Origin: a virus
Taxonomy: Duplodnaviria; Caudoviricetes
Virus record (IMG/VR): IMGVR_UViG_3300025133_009649
Location: 87 to 64,086 of that record
DNA length: 64,000 bases
Direction: 5' to 3' (one strand)
The notes under the pieces were generated by a model, which worked only from the letters and a program-made list of their open reading frames with translations, made no database searches and was not told the origin of the DNA. Made by a program: the position numbers and the translations under genes. Below are positions 50,101-60,464 of this stretch, one piece after another. Position 1 is the first letter of the stretch. Each line of letters starts with the position of its first letter.

Positions 50101-52513
50101 GTTACCGGACGCCGCAGGTTTTACTCAGTTACGCCATGGTAAATACTTTTCAATGATAAATAATTATTTGTCCGAAACAATGGAATTTTTTCTAGCGGAT
50201 GTTACTAGTTTTAATACAAAATTGCCTATTGTGACGACGAGCCCTTTCGATTCTGGCCCAAACCCAGTATCACCTATCACACCGCAGTCAAAAGAATATT
50301 TGATGGAAGTTTCTTTAAGAATGGGGAAATATCAAGTTATGTGTGAGGGCCCTCGCCAAGCTGGAATTGGTGATCCTGATTCGAATTTATTTGATCAAGC
50401 CGGGACCGACCAGGGCTTTTGGCTGAGAAACTCCTCTATGAGAGGGTATATATATGGTCCTCCTATGGAGATCATACCTGCCAACGCCCCGGGCGCCTCG
50501 GGCAATGATACTTGGTATCCAAATTCCGCCGTCGCCATGAAAGACGCTGTGATACAAGATATCGATTATTCTTCTTATTTCGCTGCCAATTTACAAGACC
50601 CTGCATATCATGCTTATACACCGCCATATTTTTATGGAAAAAGCTCTATGATTTATAAATTTTCAGCTGAGGAAAGTGACAATATAAGCCTCCCCAATCT
50701 TGTAAACAAAATGGCCATCGCGGGCGTAACGGGCTCATATTATGTTAACACGTATGACACACCAACTTACAATTTCACAACCCCGAAGAAAGGCCAGGTA
50801 ATTGCAAATGAATCACTATCATTAACAACACCAGCAACTGATTCGACTTCTGGTGGTGCAAGAGCAAAAATGAAAATAGATGCTAGCCTAGGCGGCATCG
50901 AGGGCCTTATGGGACTTTATTCCAGCCCAATTGAGGTAGCAAATTCGGAAGCTGGAGAGGGCACCCACAATTCGGCTCTACACGTCTGGACCATCGCACC
51001 AGAGTGGATTTGCCCAGTTTTAGATTTCGAACAGGACCGCGCCGCCGTGAGAAATCATGACAATACGTTTTCATTTATAGAAAACAGCTTTCATGACGTT
51101 ACTACAGGCCGCGGCATGTGGGGCGGGTACGGTACTGATCCTTATGACTCTTTTTTAATGAACAAAGTCGGCGGCGCTGGATTTACATCTTCAGGTAAAA
51201 AAGGTATCTATATTGAAATAAATGATTTTTTGTTAGAGCCCACTACAAATAAAAAAGAAGCTCCTATAGACAAAGATAGCACTAGTGGATTTTATGACTT
51301 GCTGGATATTAAAAAAGGCGCCGCCACCGGCTCCCTTTCTAGGCTTTTGGGCATTCAACCTGAAAACACAAGAACAAGTTTTCCAGTAGGCAAGTTCGCT
51401 AGCGGCAAGAAGATTCATGAAGCCATTATTTTGATACCATATATTGATAAGCCTATTAGACTTCCACTCGATCCTGAAGTAACATATTCTCAGCAGCATA
51501 TTCATGGTACTCTGCATCATGATGAAAGATTATATTATGCAACTCGTGAAATAATACCTGGAAAACATTTTCTGCCAATTAACGAAGAAATTTTTGTTAA
51601 TACTCTTCATTTTCACCTTTTGGAGGCGACAAAACAAACACATCTGAATAAGTTCTGGACCGGCGGCGGTTATAGCGGCCCCTATTCACCTTCGACAATA
51701 GAAAAATGGGCTCTAGTCAGATCTTTGGCAGCAGAAACTGACGTTGGCAAAATGATAAGCAGGTTGTCTTCGTTTAATTCGGTCCATGGTGGGTTCCAGC
51801 TTCCTCCTGAATTTGATTTTATTCACAACGCTTCGGTCCCCCCATTTCAGATGATAGTAGTCCCATTTGAACATACGTTAAAAAAACAAGAGTTGATTGA
51901 TATATACCAGGGAATTATGCCTGATAGCTCATTAACAACAAAAAAAGATGCTAGCTGCATTAGCTCTTTGGAAATTCATCCGACTCGTGTTCCACCTCTA
52001 AATCAAATTGCAGGCGGAGCCCTATTAGATGTTGACTATATACCAGAATTTGCTAGTACCGAGACCAACGCGGCCGGCATTCTCGATGCCGGACATTCAG
52101 CAGCACTCACAGGCTTTTTATCTCCCTTGCCGTTTGTGGATCCTCCGAAAGCTAGCTTCACTGCCGGCCAGCCAACTATGGATATTACAACTATGACTGG
52201 TGCTAGCCTCCCATACAAAACGTCTGCAAAATTTTATAAAAATTTACGTTTTATGGTCTTTAAAATAAAGCAAAGAGCTAAAAAGGATTATTCTAATTAT
52301 AGAAAGGGACAGATAATAAAAGCTGTTAATTCAAGAATTAATGATGTTCCGACCCCCGGTGAGGGAAACGGATATCAATTTATAACTGATGCTAATTACA
52401 ATTATATATCAAAAAATAAAACAGTCGGCGATGTTTTTGGTGCTAATTGGCCATATGATTATTTCTCTCTGATCCAATCGTTAAAAGTAGATATCACTTT
52501 CTCTGACAACTAA
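47126..52513 (+). CDS. Large virion structural protein, unknown function
   Basis: ~1795-aa ORF in the tail module, S/T/G-rich. ATG at 47126 follows a GAGG SD. Confidence 0.6.
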   Translation: MATNETLNFISASELVIYQDGDDPYFAGSKPTLDGAGFSEWYAFDFVGLNIGIVDPVSSSDNIVGYPAAAAVTNYINRPVGYGVSGHNDLMSLTSDAAAQTLNPLLHHRNGPYGHPTWKQIRGGQHPVARHFRLNNTMSVDLQWPVDPIYRESLRRERREQQENYNFIEYDIYQEDQNIILSNPVYSDYFSPKLHQYYEPVLTTKHKPLEFKATIPGGGPIRVRTSFMNKMMDFSSDDLNKDLRFSSGIPASALPLGGGIPWKRTNQKYYNIFRMAKATGATLFIYSERLYPREINSYRAFKTKRPNYEEAPGTGHNGYDRALHRLFWKDTQGGDTSTTITSSATSDGTTRLRTVGTALSSVETLQNMNFSSTTLEFLTGSALIYGSSATASLVDGISNLLVNSITNGVVTDRYYHAHASGVIDQKDAHQPYPISLLSSWPLDARDDIYDKPDYLTSSIGGKGLQIGLTPHKGGHYDIVDMDDNLIGSNTLYNTIRHSGQTAISASSVIQAAVNLHTGSAGELVYSTKPTIFYAEGTDHKFVTGGYKAPTASLQYNRHTYPYNTPFYVTNRVRGRNPFYKSYDDFVSQLKYLGRDYSIVPEYRYSDHMDYYNTTYGTTLSAPNKLLFKEAIFDTEALGGDIAHLGNKLVRAVSFMDWSDSIENPPSEELLEIYKASFLILDGADVTSSANATGSYLKTTDRYKYNDISGATAVTPPGFTPSIYTYLGDKTSVDFDGKYATTDSTINFSNLLEIPEGFTEGQDSIPRSVKFKCSIIKKLLPYNGFYPVTRTTQIGNAFKKEFVAASGYTGSMTETPSGFYSCEDQAYLQALLEPFMAPGVLYNSIKSGIAVDYPIYTASMGASDAAAAASRPNYHVPRPFISSSADGSILPLREAGPHHHALSSSYHGGLHMLGASHCIPSILTSFYGARFPFRYLYNLDELELQFGGDTRPSIHLVSDFVDLNRFTQTCTVPGGDCTDSMSGSILIGDPSVTLPDAAGFTQLRHGKYFSMINNYLSETMEFFLADVTSFNTKLPIVTTSPFDSGPNPVSPITPQSKEYLMEVSLRMGKYQVMCEGPRQAGIGDPDSNLFDQAGTDQGFWLRNSSMRGYIYGPPMEIIPANAPGASGNDTWYPNSAVAMKDAVIQDIDYSSYFAANLQDPAYHAYTPPYFYGKSSMIYKFSAEESDNISLPNLVNKMAIAGVTGSYYVNTYDTPTYNFTTPKKGQVIANESLSLTTPATDSTSGGARAKMKIDASLGGIEGLMGLYSSPIEVANSEAGEGTHNSALHVWTIAPEWICPVLDFEQDRAAVRNHDNTFSFIENSFHDVTTGRGMWGGYGTDPYDSFLMNKVGGAGFTSSGKKGIYIEINDFLLEPTTNKKEAPIDKDSTSGFYDLLDIKKGAATGSLSRLLGIQPENTRTSFPVGKFASGKKIHEAIILIPYIDKPIRLPLDPEVTYSQQHIHGTLHHDERLYYATREIIPGKHFLPINEEIFVNTLHFHLLEATKQTHLNKFWTGGGYSGPYSPSTIEKWALVRSLAAETDVGKMISRLSSFNSVHGGFQLPPEFDFIHNASVPPFQMIVVPFEHTLKKQELIDIYQGIMPDSSLTTKKDASCISSLEIHPTRVPPLNQIAGGALLDVDYIPEFASTETNAAGILDAGHSAALTGFLSPLPFVDPPKASFTAGQPTMDITTMTGASLPYKTSAKFYKNLRFMVFKIKQRAKKDYSNYRKGQIIKAVNSRINDVPTPGEGNGYQFITDANYNYISKNKTVGDVFGANWPYDYFSLIQSLKVDITFSDN

Positions 52514-52530
52514 AATAAGGAAAATAAATA

Positions 52531-53526
52531 ATGGAGTTTTTTAATAAAAAAGAAGATGTTATAGACCTCCAAATAACTCAGTTTGGAAGACATTTATTAT
52601 CGAAAGGTCGCTTTAAACCGGTATATTATTCTTTTTTTGATGATAATATACTTTATGATTCTTCAAGGGCTGATTTTGCTGAACAACAAAATGATACGGA
52701 ACAAAGAATTAAAGAAACTCATACTGTACAACCACAAATAGCTATTTCTTCTTTAGAAAAAGAATTCAATACAAGCTACGATATGATATTATCTAATCAA
52801 GCAGACGCGAGTACTGCTGTTTTACAAAAAACAGCAGAAAAAAACTATGCTTTGCCGCAGCCATTAGGAACGAGCGATATAAATTCAGAATATGCACCGT
52901 CTTGGTCTATAAGATATTTAAAAGGTATTTTGTCGGGTTCATCTAATAGTCTGAGCTTGCAAGAAAAAAGTGGTGGCAACAGCACGGTGTACATACCACA
53001 ATTAGAGACGAATATAGAAACAGAAATAAAGTTCTTGTCTAGCGATCCTGACCTTCCTGCGGAGGATGCATCTGGCCCTGCACAATCAGATATAATAGTA
53101 CAAAATAAAGAAGATAATTTTGTTTTGTTAAAAGTTATGGAGAGCAACGGCGCATACCAGAAAAAGAATTTTGATATAGAAATATTTGAAGTAATCGATC
53201 AGCATGAAGGCGACACAACAATTGAGGTTTTAAGACCTTTGTATTTTACAAAACCTCCAAATCCAAATCCGATCGATCCACTAGATATGCTGGACGAGGT
53301 AACACCGGCTGACAATCAAGATTATGTTGCACATTATTTTGATTTTTTAACTGACAACGAGATCGACCCAGAAACCTTATGTGTCCATGATCCAACTAAT
53401 CAAAAGCTTGGTGTTTTTGCTGATGAGCGTGCAGTTATATGTCAAGATATATTAAATAAACAACAAAAAGTTCCGTTTAATATTTATGAAGGAGGAACTG
53501 GCGACGTTCCGGGAGAAATTTGTTAA
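52531..53526 (+). CDS. Putative baseplate/tail-fibre attachment protein
   Basis: N-terminal DLQITQFGRHLLSKG...FFDDNILY is paralogous to the N-terminus of 60465..61613. Confidence 0.5.
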   Translation: MEFFNKKEDVIDLQITQFGRHLLSKGRFKPVYYSFFDDNILYDSSRADFAEQQNDTEQRIKETHTVQPQIAISSLEKEFNTSYDMILSNQADASTAVLQKTAEKNYALPQPLGTSDINSEYAPSWSIRYLKGILSGSSNSLSLQEKSGGNSTVYIPQLETNIETEIKFLSSDPDLPAEDASGPAQSDIIVQNKEDNFVLLKVMESNGAYQKKNFDIEIFEVIDQHEGDTTIEVLRPLYFTKPPNPNPIDPLDMLDEVTPADNQDYVAHYFDFLTDNEIDPETLCVHDPTNQKLGVFADERAVICQDILNKQQKVPFNIYEGGTGDVPGEIC

Positions 53527-56500
53527 TGTCAGCGAACGTGTGCACAATATCAGACTTAATTTCAGGTGGTAGTATTCTACCGCATGTGTATTGTAAAAAT
53601 ATTTCTTTAGAAAATGGCCCCGAAGAAGGCTCCACTAATGTTATATTAAACTTAGAAATTTTGCAAAGTAAAAAAGAACTAAATAAGAAAAATTATTTAT
53701 CTGAGCTTACTCCTTTTGGAAGCTCTTACTCTTTTTCGGATTACATAAACATTCAAATTGTGCCTTTCCGTAACACTTTAAATATCCAGAGATTAGATCC
53801 GACCTACAACACGGACTCGACCGAGCATCCAGGAAATGCATATGTCCAATCTTCTTTTCCGGCCGGCCTCACGCAGAACCACTATCCCTGGAAGGTCATC
53901 GACGAGTGGGGCGAAAGCACTCAAGCTGGCAGTATCTACTCCTCCGAGCATGCGTACTGGTCGTCGGATGCAGGCATGAGGTTGTTTCCTCTATCTGATT
54001 TTCTTCAGCCGTCTTCCCCAGAGAAACCTACCTCGTCATATGTTCGTGAAGAAACAATATCTGGTGTATCATATTATGTAATATCTTTTGAGCAAGTTTT
54101 TACTTATTCAGAGGCCCTCACGATTACAAATTTAGGATTTTTATTTTATGCATGGCTTGATCCAAGAAAATTTGTAGAGGACATGAATCCTGACCTTTCA
54201 AATATTGATCTATTAACTGATAAACACTTAACTGGACCGGTTAATACGGAAATAGTTTTGTTGGGTAACGAAGTACAAACCACTAGAAAACAGTTTTTCT
54301 TACCTAACGGTAACCGCTGGAATGGGGCAGTTCATTTACATCTTTGTGATTTAAACCCGGCTCCCGACGGTTATTGTGGAACTGGCCAGGCTCTCGGTGG
54401 ACCAGCCGGGCCAGATGCAAGTGATACTGGATACCAAGGATGGATGGCCGGGGAGAAACATGTTAAAGATGCACCAAGATTGAGGTTAATGCAAACGCCA
54501 AATAACATGATACAAGATTTTAGAACTGAAAGTCCATGGCTGGACACTGCCATGGGCTTAACAAACGCGGAATCGAATGAGTTTCTTGGCAAATCTTTTA
54601 ATCAACAAATACATGTTTTTAGTCAAAATCAAGATGCAAATTGGTTATATAAACATGTTATAAGCCCGTTTCAAAAAGAAACTAAAAAATATTTAACAAA
54701 AATAGACAACGCTCCCGGGCCCTTGGATCGCATAGTTCCACTATATGACAACGATAGTGAATTTTCAAAATTATATATGTCAAGAGACAAAGATAACAAC
54801 GCAAGGGGAACATTCTTAATTAATTTTGAAAGACTATTAAGAAATAATTCTGTTCTTTATAACATGCTCGACGGCCCTGCCGCCGCAACTAATTTTAAAA
54901 TGCAACAATGTTTAGCTTTTTCACAATTACTAGAATTAAAAGTTTATAGAGACAGAGTGCAGAAAAGACCCCAGGGAAAAACATACGAAAAATATGCTAA
55001 TGATACTTCATATGAAGAACCTTCGTATTACGTCGGTACTGTAAGAGATAGCAACCCAGGCGCTGACACCTCGTGGTCCATCGACGGGGCCCTAAGAGTG
55101 GTTAACTTAGAAACTCCATATTCTGACACAACTATTAATAACATAAAGTGCTTTACATTTAAAGACACTGATGTGGGTGAAAAATCTGCAGGCCTATATC
55201 AATATAGAATAGAAATGTCTTATAAAGATGGCACTTATTATATGTTAAATAGCCTTCTCAAGAATCTGGTGATAGCAAGATTTACAATGCAAAAATATTA
55301 TGATTTTTCTTTAGGATCCTATGTTGTACCGGGCATATTACATCCGGAACATCCGGACGACAGTGTTTATTTGCCAGGTGAACATCCGGATGATACTAAA
55401 ACACCAGCAAGAATACATCCATATTTTTTAGGGAACAACACATTTGATCCTCAATTCGAAGAGGCCGCGTCCACACGGTTTCCTGATAAACCATGGCTCG
55501 GCGCTGACGCGCCAAATCCTGAAATGACTATATGGTATTTAATAAACCAAGTTGCTTATAACCTTTTTGATCTTAAAGTCAACGGTCTATCCATCAATCC
55601 CGATAACTTCAAAATGGCCATGGCATCGTTAACTAGTCCTGTTAATGGAAGCCCCCAAGGTATAGAATTTGTAATAAAATTAACCGATAGCATAATTGGC
55701 CACTTACATAAACTTCTTGGGGCTAAAAAGGTTAACAAAACTGGTTCTGAAATAGATGCTACTTCCATCCCATTTGATAGCCAAGCTGGAACAGCATATA
55801 ATTTAAGTACTTTTCCTAGTTATAATATTACTCCGTCCACCTCTACTATAAAAGAATATCATACTTTTGATGGCCCTTCTGAACTTCATAAAGCACTCTC
55901 CAACGAAGACATATATATAGATTATTTGTCACAACATCAAAATTCGACTGCAGATTATAATCCCGGGTGGGTAGGAACGTACCAGCTATCTTACGCATCT
56001 TATTTGATTCGAGAACAGCACGACTCTGTTAGAATGTACGCCTCGACAGCAGATCCACTCATTTATAATGGCGCCATGGCAGCAGGCCAGTTTACTGTCA
56101 ATGAACAGAACGATAGTTTTTCTCAGAGTGTCGGATATTTAATGCCATCAATTATAGAATTATCAGATCCATCGGAAGAAGATACTTCTTTTAAATTTAA
56201 GACCCATTTCTTCAAGACCAATGGTCTCGTTACGCCATCGATTACCTACGAAGATTACGATAAAATTTTGGTTGCTTTAATGCTTTATAATATTAACAAA
56301 GATAATGCAAATGACGCAGATTTACTGGATGCCTTATACAGTCCTACCACGGCCTCTGATACTAGTCTTAAAGAGGCTTATAAAAGTTTATATAGCTCTG
56401 CTGGAATAGTGATTTATGATGAAAATAAATATGCTCAATTTTTAGCTAAAGAGCCTAATAATCTTCTTGAACTTGTACCATGCGATCCTGAAGACGCAGA

Positions 56501-57053
56501 TTACCAAGAGTGCTTGGACGACTATCTTCCTGAATATCCGACTGAGTTTTCAGATGGGGATTTGGAAACAGAAAAATATTATAAACAGTTTTTCTCTGAT
56601 CCTAACAGTATATATAAAACACCTGTTGGAAAAATAAATGTGCCATACAACAAAGAAATGCCAAATATATTTAAATTGGTACGCTTTGTGGACGACCCTG
56701 GCCTTGGAGGCTCAACCCTCCTTGAAAGCGAAAACCAGTCCGGCGCTACCAACGCGCCATTTATAGAAGCTATAAACGCCACCAAACAAGGGATGATACC
56801 AAAATACAATTCTTTTTTCTTTATAAATGCAAATTTATTAGCTAAGATACAAGTTTATACCGGCATACATCATACTAGTTCTCCTATGAAGCACGATGAC
56901 TATTCTTGGGAAAAGTTATCTGGGGGTCATCTTAGCGGTTTAACTATTGGTGAGTCACTTCTTTGTAGAATAAAATTATACGATGAAAGAGCAGCATATG
57001 GGCTGGAATTACCTATTATAAATAAATATTTTTTTATATATAAAAATATATAA
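53526..57053 (+). CDS. Large virion structural protein with an Fn3/Ig-like segment
   Basis: ~1175 aa, coupled by TAATG. LKVYRDRV...FTFKDTDV....GLYQYRIE is Fn3-like. Confidence 0.55.
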   Translation: MSANVCTISDLISGGSILPHVYCKNISLENGPEEGSTNVILNLEILQSKKELNKKNYLSELTPFGSSYSFSDYINIQIVPFRNTLNIQRLDPTYNTDSTEHPGNAYVQSSFPAGLTQNHYPWKVIDEWGESTQAGSIYSSEHAYWSSDAGMRLFPLSDFLQPSSPEKPTSSYVREETISGVSYYVISFEQVFTYSEALTITNLGFLFYAWLDPRKFVEDMNPDLSNIDLLTDKHLTGPVNTEIVLLGNEVQTTRKQFFLPNGNRWNGAVHLHLCDLNPAPDGYCGTGQALGGPAGPDASDTGYQGWMAGEKHVKDAPRLRLMQTPNNMIQDFRTESPWLDTAMGLTNAESNEFLGKSFNQQIHVFSQNQDANWLYKHVISPFQKETKKYLTKIDNAPGPLDRIVPLYDNDSEFSKLYMSRDKDNNARGTFLINFERLLRNNSVLYNMLDGPAAATNFKMQQCLAFSQLLELKVYRDRVQKRPQGKTYEKYANDTSYEEPSYYVGTVRDSNPGADTSWSIDGALRVVNLETPYSDTTINNIKCFTFKDTDVGEKSAGLYQYRIEMSYKDGTYYMLNSLLKNLVIARFTMQKYYDFSLGSYVVPGILHPEHPDDSVYLPGEHPDDTKTPARIHPYFLGNNTFDPQFEEAASTRFPDKPWLGADAPNPEMTIWYLINQVAYNLFDLKVNGLSINPDNFKMAMASLTSPVNGSPQGIEFVIKLTDSIIGHLHKLLGAKKVNKTGSEIDATSIPFDSQAGTAYNLSTFPSYNITPSTSTIKEYHTFDGPSELHKALSNEDIYIDYLSQHQNSTADYNPGWVGTYQLSYASYLIREQHDSVRMYASTADPLIYNGAMAAGQFTVNEQNDSFSQSVGYLMPSIIELSDPSEEDTSFKFKTHFFKTNGLVTPSITYEDYDKILVALMLYNINKDNANDADLLDALYSPTTASDTSLKEAYKSLYSSAGIVIYDENKYAQFLAKEPNNLLELVPCDPEDADYQECLDDYLPEYPTEFSDGDLETEKYYKQFFSDPNSIYKTPVGKINVPYNKEMPNIFKLVRFVDDPGLGGSTLLESENQSGATNAPFIEAINATKQGMIPKYNSFFFINANLLAKIQVYTGIHHTSSPMKHDDYSWEKLSGGHLSGLTIGESLLCRIKLYDERAAYGLELPIINKYFFIYKNI

Positions 57054-57098
57054 GGTACAAGGAGAAGCGCAAAGTGAAGGAACAAGAAGGAATCATCA

Positions 57099-60000
57099 AT
57101 GCTCGGTAGCAAAAAAAGAATAGTTGTAGACAAAAATATATTTCTAGATCTTGTAAGGGAGGGTCCTGAAAATGTGGCCCCTGGCGGAACCGGCACCGAT
57201 AAGGCCATTGTTAATGATCAACTCATAGACATGAACATGGGAGAGATAATTAGTAATGCCGCAAATTCAGCAAAAGCGCTTGGTTGTTTCTTCCTCCCTT
57301 ACACTGACGTCGACACACTAAGAGTTGCTTTAGGCAGGTATTGGGATTACGAAGCGAAAACCCAAAGTTATAACACTAATGTTGTTAATATCCCTGACCT
57401 CGGCCTCACGCTAACACATGGTGCCACAACTGAAAAAATATTCCATCACAAACATCCTGCGACAAATATAATTTTCGGTATGCCAATTACATGGTCACCC
57501 TGCCCCGGGGCTGCCGGTGAAATTGAATATTTGGAAATTGGCGGAAATAGCTCTTATTTTGGTGGTATAAAGCAAGAACTTCTTATTAGTTCTACTTGGA
57601 ACATGCACTTCGGATATCCGAAGTGGGGCGGCGTAAGAAAGTACTTAGGTTTACAAAATATGAGTAAAACTGAAATATCCGATGCTGGATATACAAGAAA
57701 TTTTGGAACTTACTGGACTTATTTAATGAAGACTGGGATTATAACAGCTGACGGAAAAATCTTAAATCCAATAATTAAATCAACAAATCTTAATTCGGTT
57801 AACCCTCAAGTATATTATGATCATTATCATAATGTTATGTCTCCTTATACACCGGATGAACTGAATAATCAGCAGGCAATAATAACTGGGGAGGCTTCAT
57901 ATGCTAGCTATAAAACATATTATAATAGTAGAACTTATTCTAAAGATTACGAGAACTTTATCGCAAATCCAATCTATCAAAACTCCTTACCCAATATTCA
58001 TGCCCTTGCAAAGATTGCTAATAATCCAGAATTAGCAAAAAATTCATTTCTAGATTTATCTAATATGATTAATTATATGGAAGCATGGTATAAAGATCCT
58101 AGCGAAGCCGAAGATCCATCTACGGTTCGTAATGATACTTATAGCAATTTATTTCAACAATTCCCGCTAGAAGCCAGTATATTACTTTATGGCGCCATGG
58201 CAGAAGACGATCCCGATACCATTGACGAGAATGAGCTGGGGGTAATTTTAGAGAGGTTGGTATCTTTGGACATAAAAAACGTAGATGCAGATTCATTATT
58301 TATAAAATACCTTGAAAATTTTAGAAGTGTTATGCTAAATGATCCCCAATTAGACAAAAAACCGCTCGCAGCCGACGCCAACCCCGCCGCCGCCGCGATG
58401 GGACACTATGCAATCGCCCCCGGTGTAAAAATCGGTGCTTTAGAACATATAAACTCAAATTTGTTATTTGGCTCTAACGCATCAACAATCCTACATAAAG
58501 CAAAACAATATAAAGATTATTTTCCAATGTATTGTGAAATTAATTTTACTGCTCAGAAGACATTATTGGGTGATAAAATCAAAAAATCTAAAATAACTAA
58601 TTTTTTGGGACAGGAAATAGCAGCTGCACAATCTGTTTATGGCTGGGACCCGTCGCTCTACCTCGCCGGCTTTTTGCAAGATAATTCAATTAATCGTGAA
58701 TTTGTTGATTATTTGGAAAAAAATATATATGAGGATATAACTGATCTAGAACCTGTTGCAGTTCCTGCTTTTAGCGAAACTTGGGTGGAAAGTTATAAGG
58801 TAAATAGCAAAAAAACTTTTGAATTGATAGGTCGCGATGGCGACGCTGAAGGCGCTAGCGCCGGCGTCTTAAACAAATGGGTCCACGGACTCGACTATAA
58901 TTCTTCGAACATACACGAGGGCATTGACACCGCTACCGGTGGCGTCGGCGCCGATAACGAATTTATGCCCATGACCGAGGTCGCCACCCCTTCGCCGGCA
59001 GAATGGGCAAGAGATGTGAGAAATTATGTAGCTTATGTCAGAAACGATCTTGAGGATCCTTATGAAATAAACAATGAATGTAATCCGCTTTTTAAGGCCT
59101 TGTTTGGGGCCTCTTTTGTACAGCACTTAAAAAGTATTTATAACGAGAAAGCAAGAACATATTCAGATATACTAAATGGTGTACCTGCCTATTCTGAAGA
59201 TTTGTTTTATGTTATCAAAAAATTTAGAAAAGATAATGGGGCAGAAGAGGAGCGTAATGTACAAAATATTATCATACCCAATACTTCAGATCTGGATATT
59301 GTAGATTATGTTGATACACAGGTAAAATATGGCACACATGCAACTTATAGATATGATATTTATGCATATCGCGTCGTTTTTGGTTCAGAATATTCTTATA
59401 CCTTTGGTGATGGTTACCCGGTTGATCATATAGACGCCGATGGCAATGCGTCTACGTTAATCGATCCAGCTAACGCTCCCATCTCTGTGGTAAACTCGAA
59501 TTTTCTTGAAGGTGTAACTTACGACCCCCAGGGCCCAGGCGCAGGCGTTGAATACGAGGCCGATACCGTATTAGATTACAATTTTACTGTTAAGGTTGGC
59601 GTAACTGTTAACCCATCAATTAAACTAATTGGTGATAAAATGTTTTCGACTCCTCCGATTAAAATTTTAGATTCCCCCCCTGTTCCTCCTTTCGTCAACA
59701 TTGTTCCTTATCGGGCTGTTGGCGACAGAATAAAGATAATTTTAGCTAGTTCAACTGACACATTCAGGGCCGAGCCAATAAATATATTAGACGGGGATCA
59801 AGAGAGCTTTCTCGATATTATGAGCGCTCAACTTTCAAATGATGGAAAGGTGGAATTTTCATCGGACGATAGAGCAGCTAATTTCCAAGTATTCAGAGTT
59901 GCTCGTAGCCAGCTGGTTGATGTAGCAGGTAACAAAAAAGCAAGGCCGACGAGCTATAATGATTTCTCTCTGCATCCGAACGAAGAAATCGCTCTTATAG

Positions 60001-60401
60001 AGACTGGCGGCTCGGCGGTTTTTGATGATTCAATTTTACCCAATGAAAGATACTATTATATATTTAGAACAGTTGATAATCATGGCCATGTTTCAAATCC
60101 AACTCCGGTTTATGAAGTCGAGTTAATTGATGAAAAAGGAGCAATAAAGCCAATAATCAGAACAATATCCATGGAGCTTGCAGAGAACAAGGCGCACTCA
60201 AAGGAACTTCAAAAATATATATTAATAAAGCCAACTGACAGGCAAATTTATTTTTCAGAGGAATCAGATGTTAACAGTATTTTTTCAACAAACGTTGAAG
60301 GCGACAAAAAGAAAAAATATAAAATGAGAATAACCTCTAAAGGAACAGGAAAAAAAATAGATATTAATTTTTCATTTACAAAGAACTGCACAAATTGTTA
60401 G
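57099..60401 (+). CDS. Large virion structural protein with fibronectin-III-like domains
   Basis: YVIKK...YVDTQVKYG...YRYDI and FQVFR...FDDSILPNERYYYIFRTVDNHGHVSNPT. Confidence 0.6.
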   Translation: MLGSKKRIVVDKNIFLDLVREGPENVAPGGTGTDKAIVNDQLIDMNMGEIISNAANSAKALGCFFLPYTDVDTLRVALGRYWDYEAKTQSYNTNVVNIPDLGLTLTHGATTEKIFHHKHPATNIIFGMPITWSPCPGAAGEIEYLEIGGNSSYFGGIKQELLISSTWNMHFGYPKWGGVRKYLGLQNMSKTEISDAGYTRNFGTYWTYLMKTGIITADGKILNPIIKSTNLNSVNPQVYYDHYHNVMSPYTPDELNNQQAIITGEASYASYKTYYNSRTYSKDYENFIANPIYQNSLPNIHALAKIANNPELAKNSFLDLSNMINYMEAWYKDPSEAEDPSTVRNDTYSNLFQQFPLEASILLYGAMAEDDPDTIDENELGVILERLVSLDIKNVDADSLFIKYLENFRSVMLNDPQLDKKPLAADANPAAAAMGHYAIAPGVKIGALEHINSNLLFGSNASTILHKAKQYKDYFPMYCEINFTAQKTLLGDKIKKSKITNFLGQEIAAAQSVYGWDPSLYLAGFLQDNSINREFVDYLEKNIYEDITDLEPVAVPAFSETWVESYKVNSKKTFELIGRDGDAEGASAGVLNKWVHGLDYNSSNIHEGIDTATGGVGADNEFMPMTEVATPSPAEWARDVRNYVAYVRNDLEDPYEINNECNPLFKALFGASFVQHLKSIYNEKARTYSDILNGVPAYSEDLFYVIKKFRKDNGAEEERNVQNIIIPNTSDLDIVDYVDTQVKYGTHATYRYDIYAYRVVFGSEYSYTFGDGYPVDHIDADGNASTLIDPANAPISVVNSNFLEGVTYDPQGPGAGVEYEADTVLDYNFTVKVGVTVNPSIKLIGDKMFSTPPIKILDSPPVPPFVNIVPYRAVGDRIKIILASSTDTFRAEPINILDGDQESFLDIMSAQLSNDGKVEFSSDDRAANFQVFRVARSQLVDVAGNKKARPTSYNDFSLHPNEEIALIETGGSAVFDDSILPNERYYYIFRTVDNHGHVSNPTPVYEVELIDEKGAIKPIIRTISMELAENKAHSKELQKYILIKPTDRQIYFSEESDVNSIFSTNVEGDKKKKYKMRITSKGTGKKIDINFSFTKNCTNC

Positions 60402-60433
60402 AAAGTTGTAACTGATTAAACATAATTAAAATA

Positions 60434-60447
60434 TTTAACTATTTATA
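60434..60447 (+). promoter_or_regulatory. Putative late promoter TTTAACTATTTATA
   Basis: Intergenic and identical to 37037-37050. Followed by an AGGAG SD and ATG at 60465. Confidence 0.65.
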
Positions 60448-60464
60448 AAGTAGGAGCATACAAA

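Noticed and set aside
55341-55390. Short repeat CATCCGGA x3 (HPEHPDD...EHPDD), and similar micro-duplications near 22780 and 47588
   Set aside because: Local in-frame duplications within coding loops, too short and irregular to be a functional array.
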